From Lama glama (Eukaryota): DNA of 64,000 bases. Shown piece by piece: positions 38,251 to 52,660 of this stretch. Under the pieces are notes generated by a model that was not told where the DNA came from, ran no database searches, and saw nothing but the letters and a program-made list of their open reading frames with translations. Position 1 is the stretch's first letter. Every line of letters starts with the position of its first letter. The stretch is taken from positions 105,278,001-105,342,000 of the forward strand of contig CM052817.1 in assembly GCA_028534125.1 (NCBI GenBank), written 5' to 3'. A program made the position numbers and the translations under genes.

Positions 38251-41134
38251 AAAATACAAGAAGTCAGAAGCCAAAGCTGAGGGGCGGCGGGGTTCCCTGA
38301 GGTAGTTTTTCCCCTGTGCTTTATGGGCAATTCTGCCCTCTAAGAGTTGGTCTCAGCTAATTGTGTGTTTAACTACAGGACAATCAGCGGGCTGAGTCCA
38401 GCTTGTACGTTGCTTTTTCAAAAAAAGTAATGAAATAAAAGAAGCATTTAAGTGTGCTTGAGGGAAGTTTTGATAGGCTCTCCAGCTTGTATTCAGTATT
38501 TTCTTGGCTCCTCTCTGGGTGCTCAAGGACCCATTTGGCAATAGGTTCCCTTATTAAAGAAACTTGAGAGGCCTTTCTTCCAACCTCTAGCTGCAAGGCA
38601 TTGTTAGGGTCATTTCTGGTTCTAATTCCAGGAGAACAAAGGAAGGCAGATAAATGTTAATTGGTCTCCATCCCAACCAATTCTGCTGTGAGTTTTACAT
38701 ATTCATGACCCAGAGAAGAAGAGGAATTGAGACCCAAAATGGTTTAAACAAAAATATATATATATATAAAATAAAAATATTGATTGGCAAGTTACTGTGG
38801 ATTTTGCAGAATTGCAAGGGACTACATTTTTGTTAGCTGCCTTCACATTAGAGGCAGCATCTCGATGGAGTGGCAAGTCAGCTCCAAGTTTATGCAGTTC
38901 CATTCTGTGTAGTATTTACCCCTCAATTTAATTAGAAGGACTCACCCCCAAAAGCCTCACAGGTGAGATTTTCAGAGATCACATTAGTTCCTGTGCCTTG
39001 CCTTTATTTTCTTCTAGAAAAATGTGTTTCTAGATTGTAGACTCTAGTAAACTTTTACAGTTACATTGACTGGACTCACGTATCTGGGCTACCTACACTG
39101 GTGGATTTTGTATTGATAGCTTGTTATCAAGATTGTGAAAGCACATGGTATACTTGTCTCTGAGTCAATATCCCAAATATTGTCTTTACTGTTACAATAT
39201 AAAACATTGTATGACTGATTTTGTTTTCCGTCTTCAGTTTTCTTTCTTCCCCGATCTGATAAAATGTTCCTTTTTCTTCTTCTTCTTAATCCAACCTTTT
39301 ATCTGTAGTTTACTTGTGAATTTTGGAAACTGTTGGTTATAACATAAAATGCAAGTTCTCTTACGTCACGTGCTGAAAACTAACCCGACTTTTGCTGGGC
39401 TTTTGCTCATTAATGACTTGTTTTGATCACTGGTCACCACTGGCCGCATAACTGGCTGGAATAGTTCCTGTTAATGCCTGTTAGGAGTTTCTTGGGAAGC
39501 TTCCAATACTCTTGTCTGCTTTGCTTCAGATCTCTGGGAATGTGTCCCTCTTTTGTGACTCAGCTGAAGTTGATCTATATGCTTTACTATCTGCTTTTCC
39601 TGTCTCCCAGGAAAACATGGAGGTTTTGATGCTGAGAGACTGTCAGAACCCCCTCCCAGGGAGCTAGAAGTAACTTTAATCGAGTTTCCTCTTTCTTCTG
39701 CACAGCAGGTGGCTAAGATCTCCCCTTCTGGGGAGGCATGAGGTCCTTCTGGAAAATATACTGTGTCACAATGACTTCTGCTGACTCTGGGCTCCATCCT
39801 TGGACTCTCCCCACACTTTCCTGAATCTCAGCTAGAAATTCCTCTGAAATTCAGCTGATCTGAAAGAACGGGAGAGATTCCCCCCCTGGCATTTCAGTTT
39901 TAAATACAGAGGAAAATTAAGTCGTTTCTTATGCAGGAATTCATTGCTAAACTGTGACAGATTTTTTTTTCCTTCTATACTAAGTGTAGTTCCAGATTTA
40001 AAGAACATAGGCTGCTGGAAAATTTGGTCTGGAATAGGTTGAATTTAAAATGTCTGACATTGACAAAATTGCAATGATTTTTTTTAATAGCAAATAAAAT
40101 CTATAACACAGTACCTTTGGGATTTTAGGCAGAGTCAATCCTAAGAGCTGTATTCTCCCTTAATTTACATTTTAAGTGCTCATCAAGGTAGAAGGCAATG
40201 AATCCAGAAGACATAACCTATAATAATTTTCTCTTGTCTTGAACCAGGGCAGTATCTTCAAGGTCATATAATATATTATTATGTTTAAACTTTCAAAGCA
40301 TCATTTTTCATTTTTTTCATAGTATATCAGGCAAATAGGCAAACTTATTGTAGTTTAGATACAAAGTGGAATAACAGGCCTTTCACACCAAGCATATATA
40401 AAATTGCTAATTTTTAGCTACCATTTTGCAATATGTAGTAAGTTACATCCGTAGTGTATAGGAGAAAAGAGAGAAAAACTACGGTTGATGTGGTTGGTTA
40501 GTTTTGGTTTGCATAATCACTTCCAGCTGGTACTTACTTTGAAAAGAAAGAAGGTATTTTTTATATCTTTCAGTTTAAATTACTGTGACATGCAGCTGTT
40601 GCTCCTTATTTTTTTTTTTGATTTAGTATTGAACATAAAAATAAAAAGACAAAGAAGAAATGAACTTTATTATTCTGATTAAAATTTTCTTGTATGAATC
40701 TAACATTAAGCTGGGATATCAGCTTTCAGAGGTCAGGTGAATGAAGGGAAGTGGAAAAAGGCCCTGCAAAAGGATGGCTGGAAGGTGAAATGAAATGAGA
40801 CTATTGAGAGATTGAAGGGAAAAGGGTTAAAGGTCGCATAAAGGGCTCACTTCATGAAGAGGCTTCTGTGCATTAGCTGAGAGACACTTGTTCAGAAAAC
40901 AGTTTAGAAACACAGCCACAAGCCTAATCCATTTTTGACTTTTAGATGAGTGTTATTTCTGCTATAGCACGCTCAGTATTAAAAGGACTTTTTGGTCAGG
41001 TTTTTATAAATCAATATCTTCATTTTATCAAACAAGAAAAAAAAGTGCCTGTTTGGTGTCATATTTCAGGGAAAATAAATTAACACTCAGAAATTTAACC
41101 TGTGTAATAAATTGAATACAGAAATAGAGGAACC

Positions 41135-41296
41135 GGGGGAGGGTGTAGTTCAGTGGTAGAGCACATGCTTAGCAGGCACGAGGTCCTGGGTTCAATCCCC
41201 AGTATCGCCATCAAATAAATAAATAAATAAACCTAATTATCTCCCTCCCCCTTCAAATAACAATAAAGTAAATAAAATTGTTTTAAAAAGTGGAAA
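41135..41296 (+). mobile_element. Camelid tRNA-derived SINE, long form
   Basis: gggggagggtgtagttcagtggtagagcacatgcttagcaggcacgaggtcctgggttcaatccccagt then (aaat)n and an A-rich tail; 15-bp TSD agaaRtagaggaacc at 41120-41134 and 41297-41311. Confidence 0.92.
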
Positions 41297-44200
41297 AGAA
41301 GTAGAGGAACCATACTGAAGTGGCTTCTTACTTTGAACTAGTCACACGTAAGGCAGGTAAGGCAAACAGCAGAGAAATTTAAGAGCAGCAGGTGAGCTAT
41401 GTCACATAAACTCAGTCAGATTAGGACCCGACCGTGACCTGTCACTTTTCACCACGTTATGGAGCAAAGAGGGAGAATGATGGTCTGTTACATGTACATA
41501 AAAACATATATAATCCAGAATATTAGGATCCAATCTGCTCTAAGATAACTGAGGTCATTCATTGTGAAGAAGAAACTGACAGCACGTGATCTAATAGGCT
41601 GTACACAAAGAATTGAATCAAGTTTATTTTTAAAATAGTGTCTACTGAAGTCATCATGAAAATGGACATAGGGAATTAAGTTAACTTCAGGCTACACATA
41701 ATGTGCCTTTTGACTGTTGAATCATGGATGTATTATAAAGTCCCAGGACTTCTTTGGGGAGATTGAAAATGAGTCACTGAAGCTTGTACTAGTTTTTTTC
41801 TGCCTAAATTTGAGACACTGGTGTATACAGGTGAAAGTCCAGCCTACTGTAAGTTTATACAACTTAAGAATATTTCCTGGGTTAAGCCAGCTAAACCCAA
41901 AGTTCATTCTTTAATGAAATAATTCTGTTTTAGCAAGAGCAAAAACAAAAACAAATTCTTTAAATATATATACATATTCTGTATTATATATATAACCATT
42001 TATGTATGTATAACCAGAAATATCTACATGATTATATAATTATATCTATATATCTAACACAAGTTTTATATATATATTTATTATATATATAACTTTATAT
42101 ATAGAAAATGTAATTATAGTTACAGGAGAATAACTGTAACCATCTGTGTATAACTTGAACCATAACTCTGTATAACCATCTTCCCAGTGAAGATCATGGT
42201 GATAGAACAAATGTACAAACAAAGTTTTCCAAAAATTCTACTTACACAACAGGATTCTGAAGAGGTGGTGACTCTGGTGTCCCAGCATTTGGCTTTCAGG
42301 ATCCCTAGCAAGTAGCAAATACAAGGGTGAAAGGGCTCAGAGAGATGCTATCTCTAAGCAAAGCTTCATTTGTGTCTTTGTACCTTTCCTAGAAGTATGT
42401 TGCAGCATCTAAAAAAATACGACCTGTGTCCTCGGCATCAGGACAGCTGTGTTCCAGGCCCTCACCGCTCATCTCATAGGCAAACCGCATTCTCACTGGT
42501 TTTCCTGTTCCTCGCAAGTAAAAGGAAAGCTTTACACTAGGTCTCTAGTATGTTTTTCTGTTCTGTTATCTGGCATTATAGGTTGCACTTGAATATTTTA
42601 TTTAAAATTTTTTTTCAGCGCTCCAGAAGACTTAATGTAACTGCCACATACTTTTGTAAAGCAAAGATGGTTTTGGAAAACAGTATTTCCCCCCTAACGT
42701 GCTTTTTTTCATAATGTCAAATTTTCACTAGCTTAAAGCAGGATAATATACATTTTTTTCACTTAAATGGAATTTAGTGTGAATACTTTCTCCTAAAGTG
42801 AGCTTAAATTATTATGCATTTTAGACTGCAGTCCTTCTAAAATGGCAATGAATATATTTTATCTATATTTAGCATCTTTCAGCTTCAAATTAAGCTGCTA
42901 TTGAAAGGTATAATTGATTAAAATCTGGACAGTTTTGTTCATCTGAATTAATGACTCAGATGTCATTAAAATACAAGTTCCTCCTTCTTTGAAAGAGTGA
43001 AATTAATTTAATGATCATAATTCTTATCATTTAATGCTTATAATTCTATTCTTATCCCAGATATTAAGAAAAAAAGTATACTGCACATTTTATAATCCTT
43101 CAACTTAGAGCAAGCATTACTTTGAAAAGTTTTAGACACACTCACAATACAAACCATAGGATTAAGGATAAAGAAATTTCCATGTTTACTGGTGCGTCTG
43201 TATAGATTCGAACCAGTCTTCTCCATGCAATCTGGCCATTAAAGCTACTACTCTCCCATTATGACTGCATTTGTTAGCTTACGTCTTCCCTTACACTGGT
43301 CTAAAGCAAATGTAAGTGAAAGATTCACTCTTCCAGTTGGATAAGGTCTGAATAATTGTTTTTTTCTCTATGGCTACTTCTTTTATAGGCTCTCCCTTTA
43401 TATCTGCCACATTGTGTGTGTCTTCAAAGTAGAACTGTGTAACAGAACCATGGGTCAAATTTGATCGGAGTCAGCCTTGGACGCTTTATCTTCAGAAGTT
43501 TCTCTTTCTTTGGAGAATAATTCAATATAAGCAATTGTATCAGAAAATGTTTTGCGGTGATTAAATACCACAAGGAAGGTACCATCCCGGCGTGTCTAGT
43601 AGGGTACACATGATCTGTTCTGCCTTTGTTGCTTTCCCTGTGGTTGTACGACTCTTAGTGGTTTCATTATTTGGTTTTCTTTTGTGTTCAGTGATGCTTG
43701 TTAGAATGAGTATTAGGACATAGGACGTTGATGGGGGAGAATCCATTGCTCTGATGAGGATAATTCACTGCTGAATGGAAATAATCTTCTTCCCTGAATG
43801 GGAAAGAATCCAATGCCTGTTATAAAACTGGATTCATGGACAATACTTCCTCCTCAGAGAAATATTAAAGTAGATCTTAACCCCAGAGTTGACAGTGGTG
43901 GGTGTCCTGCTAAAATGGGTCAGGAGATGAAAACAGTCGCTGCAACAGACAAGCCTGACGGACGTGGGACAGTGTCTCTGGTCTTGCAGGTTCAGTGGAG
44001 CCAAGGCAGGAAAAGGCCCGTCTTTGGCAAGTGAGGCTTTTTCAAAAGAACTTGCGATTGAAAGCCAGGCTCAAAGCTTTTTTTGATCCAGGGCTTAAAG
44101 AAAAGCCTTTTGCTTCTAGATTGATTTCTTAGTTTTCATGAATTATTTTTGATCATGTGAAGAATTTTAAGCATCCTTTAATGTATACCTACAATTTAAA

Positions 44201-45696
44201 ATCATTACTTCATCATCATTAATTAGTTGACTAATTAATTAATCAAAGCTATGTGTTGAGCTTGTGCTGTGTGCCGCGTACTGCTCTGATTCACACAAAT
44301 GATTAACAAAGCCCCATCTTTATGGAGAGAACATTCTGGTTGGACACAGAGAACACATGGGCAAACCAGTGAAAATACAGGATGTCGAATGATGTAGACA
44401 GCTCTGGCCTCCAGTCCTGCTCTGATGAAAATGCCCATCTATCATTGTTCTAAAATTGCCATTTCAGTCTTCTCACTTCCTCTACCTCCTAGCAGCGTTT
44501 AATTTTCTCTTCCAGCCTTTAAACCTACCTGAGGGCTTAGTCTTTAGACCTTTTCTCCTCTCTAACCGCTTCCCGTTTCATACTGAGATGAGAAGAAATA
44601 TCAACGTTAACAACCCCAAACAGGTGTCTCCAGCACATCCCTCTTTTGCTGAGCTCCCGGTTCCATATCTCAATGTCCATTTAATATCTCCAATAGGACT
44701 ACAAAAGGCGTCTCAAAAATAGAAATCATAATTTTCTCTCTCAAACCTGTATTCTCTCCAGATCGATAAATCTACACAGTAGGAAGAATCTGGTACAAGT
44801 GCTAGACTTTATAAGCAAATAAATTTCTTCTTACAGATGGGGTCCAAGTAAGGCAATCGATTTTGCTTAGATTGTACAGCATGACACAAAGTTTCTCCGT
44901 CTCATTGAATTCCAGGATACCAAAAAGGGGAAAATCACCTGTGATTATTTCTGCACTTTCCTGTTACAGAACAGAGCAAAGAGAGGCCAGTGGAAGTTTA
45001 GAAACTTGCTAATTGTCACAGAACCAATTTATTGCATATTTCCTTCCATATCCATATGAGGGTGGAAGCCTTCCTAAATCAATAACCACGTGCAAGGTAA
45101 ACACTCACGTACTGCAGCAGAGAACAGCAGAGCTGGTGTGAGATGGCAGGGAAGGTTTCCCAGAGGAGGTGCTGCCGCTATCTCTCGAAATCTGTCTTTC
45201 TAGGATGGGGGGAGATGCAGTGAGGGTGCTCCTAGTGAAACTCTTAGGATGCTCGACTTCTCTGAAACATTTGATAATATTGGGGATTTGCTCCTCCTTG
45301 ACTTTCTTTGCATTAATAGCCGTGACACTGAAGTTTCCTTCTCTACCTCAAATGCTGCATTTTGTTCCTAAGGCAATGCTTTAACCCTCTTATTTTGTCT
45401 TCCCAAATGCTGAGACATTCAATTATATGGAATCTGTAAACAAATCAAAATGCCTCTAAATTGAATCTACGGAATAACATAAGTACTCTAAACCCTACTG
45501 CCGTAAGCAACATGGCATATTATGCCATATGGTGAAAAAAAATAGTTTGATTCAGAGAAAAACACTATTTTTGAAGGAAAGAAACCTCTGTCCATCCCCC
45601 TTATGATTTTTAAGTCCAACTTTGTTACCTTTGAAGTTAGACAGAAACCTTTTGGGTACACAAGCATTTTGTTTTCTCTAAGTCAATAGTGAAGTT

Positions 45697-45835
45697 TTTT
45701 TTTTAATTTATTTCTTTTGGGGGAGGAGTTAATTAAGTTTATTTATTTGTATTTCTTAATGGAGGTACTGGGGCTTGAACCCAAGACTTCGTGCATGCTA
45801 AGCAAGTGCTCTACCACTGAGCCATTACCCTCCCC
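45697..45835 (-). mobile_element. Camelid tRNA-derived SINE, long form
   Basis: Same head on the minus strand; short TSD gtgaRgtt at 45689-45696 and 45838-45845. Confidence 0.9.
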
Positions 45836-47379
45836 TTGTGAGGTTATTTTCTGATGCTTCTAATATAAACGTTGAGGTTAGGAGGAAAAGTCATAGGATC
45901 ATTATCTCACCATCTGTTCCAGCTTGTTTGTTTCAGTCACATGCTTTTCAGTGTTCTTCCTGAGCTGTCAACAAACTGCCAATTAATTATGAAATCTAGC
46001 AGGTTTTCAGAGGTTACTACACTGAGAAAGTGAGATTATGAGTCAATATATCATGGGATCAGTTACTGCTGATTTACAATTTCCAGAATACCTGTGGACA
46101 AGTAAACTTTTCAAGATGGAATAATGATTTCTTTGGATCCTGTAGATGGGGAGAGGGAAGAAGCTGGTATTTTCTGAGCATCCACTGAGAAGAGCCCTCT
46201 TTCTGTTTAAGTTGCCATTTGATAACTGTATAACTGAATTCTAGTATTTTTCTTAGTGATATTTCAATGGAGGGAATCTTATGAGGTAGCCATTCACAGA
46301 AGATAAGCACAGGAACTAGTCTTTGCTCTTTGTCTTGTCTAACACCCCACTGCTGAGCTCAAATGCCCATCTGTAATAGAAATCAGTGTTCTCCTAAAAA
46401 AAAAAGTTATCTGACTTTTAATATTAGTTCTGTTTCACTTCATCTGTAATACCAAGTAAATCACTCCAGTTGTACAGTCATTTTTGCTGAGAAAAGGCAT
46501 TTTATTTTTGTATAACATGGTATTTTCAAGAAATTTTAGGCTTGAAAATCCTGACTACCAGTGAAAAAAGTTAATCATGGTTCACAGTAGGAGGCGATCG
46601 AAATAGTATAAATAGGTTTATACCACACTGAAGATTTACATGCTGACTTATTTTTCCAACGTTTATTGAAATTTCTTAAAGTAGATATTCCTATCCTATT
46701 GCCCTTTGGGAGAAAAAAAAAATTCAGGAGGTTGTTGATCTAATTATTGATGTGTGGGAGTTTACGCACCCAAGATGTGTGAGATTTTTATTCACCTACT
46801 AAAATTAATTCATTGTTCATTAGTTCTATATTTTATAGTAGATGAACTCTTTCTGATGTGGGAGATGTGTGTGTGTGTGCGTGTGTGTGTGTATACACAC
46901 AAAGGAAAAGAGACAGAGAGGTTAGGAAGGGAAAAGAAAGAGGACAGAGAAAGACAAAAAAGACAAAGCTTTAAATGAGCACTTGGAATATTTAGGACCT
47001 CACCTTCACAAGAATCGTGATGGAAGAGGATTGTTGCCAGGCCCCCTCCCTCCGTCTCCCGGCTCACAACAGAAGTATCATAATATTCAGAGCTCTGAGG
47101 AAAATCTTCCTTCACCTCAATTGTTGGCTTTATTCTTGGTCTCTATCTTGGATTTAAAATATTCCATCCAGTTGTCTTGTGAAACAAATATTTGCCTCTG
47201 AGAGAAGGATTAGACCATACATCAAAATGACAGCCAAAGGATGGATTGCAAATGAAAATATTTAGTTTTCCCAGGTTCGTTTTCAGATGTTTTGTAGCAG
47301 CAGTGGAAATAGAAATTGTATTCAACGTGGTCAGAATGCAGGAAAACACGATCTTTCTTGTTACCCTTGTAGGTGAGAT

Positions 47380-48780
47380 AACATTCATTTATGCATTCAT
47401 TCCTTTAGTGTCCAGTAAGTGTCAAACGATTTGGTAGGCCCAGGTGATCTAATGCTTGGGGGGGGGTGAAACAAAGCAGATTCCAACATTCATGAAACTT
47501 GAAGGAGAAGGCAGGTATTTAGTCCAGTGAAGAAAGCCAGAATCATTAAAGTATTCATATTAATGGTGTATAATTAGATGTTCTGAAATGAAGGAAGACT
47601 GATCTGTAAGCAAAGTAACCAAGAAACGTAACTGGCTTGGTGTTATGGGGAACGATTCTATGGGATATTTTTGACATGTGATGGTATTTGGGTGATAAAT
47701 GAGGAAAAAATGTATTTCAGTTGGAGGAAATGGATATACAAAAGCCTTAGGGTAGGAATGAACAAAATAAGTTTAAAGAACTGCAAGAAGATTAGTCTGG
47801 CTGGAGAATGGTTATTTGAAGACAAAAGGAAGACATGCAGAGCCAAGATGCTAGAGGACCTTGTAGGATCCAGGGATTTTCTTCTTTATCTCAAGGACAA
47901 ATAAATATAGCCCAAAGTTACTAGTAAAGGCAACAACACTGTGATATTTGAATTTAAGGTGATGACTCAGGCCATTGTGTTGAAAAGGATTGAAGATGCA
48001 TGTGTTTAAGTGTGGAAGGCCAGGAATGATGGGTTTGGGGCATTTCAAGAGCTAAGTGGTGCCAGTAGCTTGAATTAGGGTTGTGACAGGAGTCTTAGAA
48101 AGGAACTGATGTTTGAGAGATATATTATGAAGGTAGCACTAACAGAACTTAGAGATGGGTTTAATATGAAGATGTCAAAGGTGTCTCCCTCGTTTCTGGC
48201 TTCATCAAGTGGGTGAATGAGAGTCTGGAAAAGCATGGCTTGATGTGGGGTATGAATACCATGAGGAGTCGCTTTAGAAACATGAAGGTGGAGCTGTGAA
48301 GAAGGCTAATTATATCAATCTGGGGATTGAATGAGAAGCAATACATATAATTACAGCCATAGACTCTGTTGAATGTCTGGCTGAGTGCATGGAGTAGGAT
48401 AAATGGTTAATAGAATTAAACAAAATATAGTATTTCATGGCAAAATAAAAAGGGATGAACTTGCCAAAGGACTGAGAAGGCATTTTTACAAATTCCATAG
48501 AAACAGAGGAGCCAGATGTTACAGACATCAACTAAAGTGATCATTTTTTGAGGAAAAAAAAATACTTTGATAGAGTGATGAGGAGAGAAGTATGATTGGT
48601 CAGAAAATGAACAGAAAGAGACAGACAACTCTTTCTGAAAACTCAGAAAGTAGAGGAGGGAAATTATTTTAAACCATAGGTAATTTGAGCATGGTTAAAG
48701 ACGGAGGAAAATAGTGGAGAGAGAGTTTCAATACACTGAAAAACAGGGTTAGTCAATTGGCAGAGTTTCTCAAGATGTCA
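47380..48780 (-). mobile_element. L2 LINE, ~1.4 kb
   Basis: Begins with a cattcatttatgcattcatt tail, then a purine-rich antisense L2-like body (tttagaaacatgaaggtggag, atcaatctggggatt). Confidence 0.65.
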
Positions 48781-49530
48781 GATGAACAGATTGGATTCGG
48801 CAAGAGAAAGAGCGCCTCCTATTGTCACAACAGGGGCAGATATGTGTTCTGAAAGTGATAAAGAAAAATATAGATGAACTCAAGGCATAGATTTGTTTGG
48901 AAGAGAGCTTCGACTTTATATTGTAATATGTTCATGCCATTTTACAATTTTCTCTGGTATATCCAATAATATAGAGCTGTGGAAAGAATCATAGGACTTG
49001 AGTTTAAAGCACTTAAAAAGCAATTTTCTAGGAAATGTCCTTTTAGATACTATTGGAAAAATGCATTCATTACTCAATATACCCCATCTGCATAATTTCT
49101 GTTGTACCTACCATGGAAGACTATCTTATGAACCTTTCACTGATCTTTGCCAGTAAATTATGACAGCTACAGTTTTATTAAACTTTATTCATCAAACGTA
49201 GTCAATGAGGAGTTAGAAATTTATTAATATGTTGTTAAATGTATTCTGTATGGATGCTTAAAAGTAAATCAAAGTTTAATGGTTTCTTTGTTTTTAGTAC
49301 ATTTTCTTTCAGCCTATGTTTATTAATTTTTCCTCAATATATTTTTATTTGCCCCTATGTTTCTACTTATTGAATGTTGTATAAAGCTGTATGAGTGAAA
49401 CAAACAAACAGTATTTATTATGATCAGGAGGTTCATAATCTTTATTCAGAGATGCTTACCTATGATGGATTTTGTTGACATTCACCACCAAGTTTCGATT
49501 AGCTCAGTGGAGATTTCTATTTGCTATTGA

Positions 49531-49746
<216 letters not shown>

Positions 49747-51821
49747 TGACATTCTGAACTGACTCATGGTGCCTGCAGATTATGAGCTAAACTATTCGAT
49801 GTCTGAGTTACTACTCATTTAGGAGCACTTATTTCAGAATATGCTTTCAGAATGTAACTTACATGCAAAAACACACATTGTAAAACATGAAACGGGAGTA
49901 CTTTTGGAAATTTACAATCTGGAGGATTAAATACCTCTTGACAAAGTATAGAGATGGGTCATTTAAAAAGATATCATTAAAAGTTTACGTGAAGTAATAG
50001 TAAAGGATTTGTAAGAATAAGGAAATACGTTAAGACCTAAACTCCCAGATGCTTTCTCTTTTTTCCATATTAATTTTAGTTTACAACTTTTTAAATGAAA
50101 GAAAAATGTTGTGCTCTTGAGTTTGCCATAAAGCTAAACAAAAAGGACGTCTATACCATCTGGAGATATATAGTTTGACAAAGTTTTTATTTTTATAGAA
50201 ATCATTAGGCATTTTAAGTTCATCAACAATTATCTTTTTGGGTGGTCCAATGTTGAGGAATTATGTCATTCCTTTATGTTAAATATTTTCAAGCATAAAG
50301 TAAATTGACATCTAGGCATACTATAAATGATATAGATTATATACTTACAATAAATTAATCTGGTGCTTTTATTTTAGTAACAGATCATGATACTGAAACC
50401 AAGAGACTAAAGCAACTTTTATTCGATCAAATAAAAGTAAATAACACATTTTGGTTTTAATAGACAGCATACAAAAGATAAGAAATGCTAAATTATGAAA
50501 GGAAAATATATATTTTAAAATTTCTTGTCACTTGTCCTTTAAAAAATAGGTGAAATAAATAAACACGATTATATTGATTTTCTCCCTTACATTCAATACA
50601 TGCTTTTGGCATTTACATTGCATATATTTTTGTTGAAATTATTTCATAATATTATAGTAATCTGATAAAATAGCTAACCTTTACTGGGATTTTTATGTGC
50701 CAGATACTAGGCTATGCTGTTAAATTTATTATTTTATTTAATATTTAAAATAATCTTATGAAGATGTACGTATTTTCATTCTATAGATAACAAATCAAAC
50801 TTCTTGGAAATGTTAGAGATTTTCTGAATGCATGTGTTTATTAAATATATCAGTTGGCTAGATTATATAACATGCAAGATAGACTTGATAGGCAGACAAA
50901 AGAAAATAAATAAAATATAATAAACTTAGTCACATGGAAAAGTAAGCAAGTTCTTAGTGTGTTTGGCCTGGATAAATACAATTGGAAAATTAGTCTTGTT
51001 CCACTATCTTTTAATTATCACCTGTTTCCTCTACTTCATGGACTAACAGTAAGTTTTATCCTTAGATAGAGGATCTCCTTATCCCACACTTAGAAATAAT
51101 AACTCCTTTATGAATGTTCTCAAAACACATTATTAATTCAACAGACTGGCTCATGCTGTTAGAGACCCAGTGAATATTTATTCCATGCTGTGTGTCTGCC
51201 CTAAGTGAGGTGTCTTGAGGTTAGAAACTGTGTCTTTCTAATCTTTTCATTTGTGGTGCCATGAATATAGTAGCTACTGTTTAATTGAATTGATGGCAGA
51301 AAAATAAATGACAGGTAGAATGCATGACTAGGTGTTTTTGATTGTCCCCTTGCTAAAATATAATACCGCAGATTTGGATGTATTAGAGTACATTTATAAA
51401 CGATTCTGAATTAACTTTGGATGTTGAAGATAAATTACTTATCCTCCATTGTTATGTGATTTAATTAACCTTTAAAGAAAAGAAACGGCACAATGAGTTA
51501 AACCTATTTTGGAAACGCTAATGTCCACCAAACTGATCAAAGTCACCTCCCGATCTTTTCCATCTCTTTAGTCTGTACCTTTAAATAGTTAGAAATAATA
51601 CATGATTGTTGGTATTTGAAAGCAGAGAGGCAGAGAATGTCATGGTAATATCTAACTTTCAAGTGACTGGGGACAGAGGTGACATTAAGCTATAAAAGGC
51701 ATTTTGTGATTGTGTGTGTGTGTGTGTGTATTTGATAGGAATAAAGACACACCTTGAGTTGTTCAGGTCCCTGCAAAAACCCCAACAGATACTTTCTACT
51801 TCCTGTCAACCCCTACCCAAT

Positions 51822-52254
51822 TGTTACCCCAAAAGGGGGAGGGAAAAGACCCCAGTTCTTGTCTTACCAGAAAGATAAGAATTCAGATGGGAGATGGAAG
51901 AGTTGTGTAGCAAAAATACAAAAGGTTTTATTAGCAAAAGAAAAGTACCTCTCCAAGAATGGGAGGCGGGCTGATCCAAGGGCTGATAGCAATAGTCTTT
52001 GTCTCCCCTTCTCTCATACCCTCTCTTAGAGGTGGTCTCTTGATTGATTGACAGCTCTTGCTCCTGCAGTGCTTAGTCATGCTTGTCCCCTTTTGCACAT
52101 GTAGTTACCCACGATACACACAGAAAAACCCATGGGGGCCTAACCACAACGCTAACTATATTACAATGAGCATTGGGCCATGTCTGGCTAGGTCCTTGTC
52201 TCTACTGCACAATCATGGCTGTTGGGTTCTAACCGGTCTCTTACCTGCCTAACA
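51822..52254 (-). mobile_element. Solo LTR, same family as 1276-1823 (433 bp)
   Basis: TGTTA...TAACA termini; shared blocks gggaaaagaccccagtt, cctccaagaa, ctgatccaaggg, tctcttgattgattgacagctcttg, aaacccatggggg; TSD not intact (caat / cacc). Confidence 0.85.
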
Positions 52255-52479
52255 CACCACTGGGATCTACCCTTCCTTTCCTAAAATCTTGAAGACCAAT
52301 CTCATTATAGAATTTATTTTGGCTTGGACCAGTAACTATTTGAATCCCAGGGATACCTGGTCATCCCCTTTTCCACTGATTCCCATTCCAGTTAGGCTCA
52401 TAGGCTACTTTATTGGCCGGGTTTTCCCAAGCATAACTGGAAATGGAACAGACATAGACATTCCCTGGCTCCCCTTTCT

Positions 52480-52660
52480 GATTTATTTCAATTCACAGAG
52501 CACATCACTATTTGTCAAGATACCTATTTCAATTATGTATTAGTTTGTTGGATGTGTCTTTCCATTAAATCTAGGCTACTATTCATCTTGTATCCCACAG
52601 CCACTAGAACAGAAGTCAGCACACAGTAAATGCTGAACAAATACATGTGGAATGAATGAT
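52480..52660 (+). mobile_element. L2 3' end
   Basis: ttcatcttgtatcccacagcc...gcacacagtaaatgctgaacaaatacatgtggaatgaatga. Confidence 0.75.

Noticed and set aside
41135..41210. tRNA-like sequence with A and B boxes (also at 23.4, 25.4, 29.9 and 45.8 kb)
   Set aside because: A-rich tails, TSDs and scattered divergence mark these as SINEs and not tRNA genes
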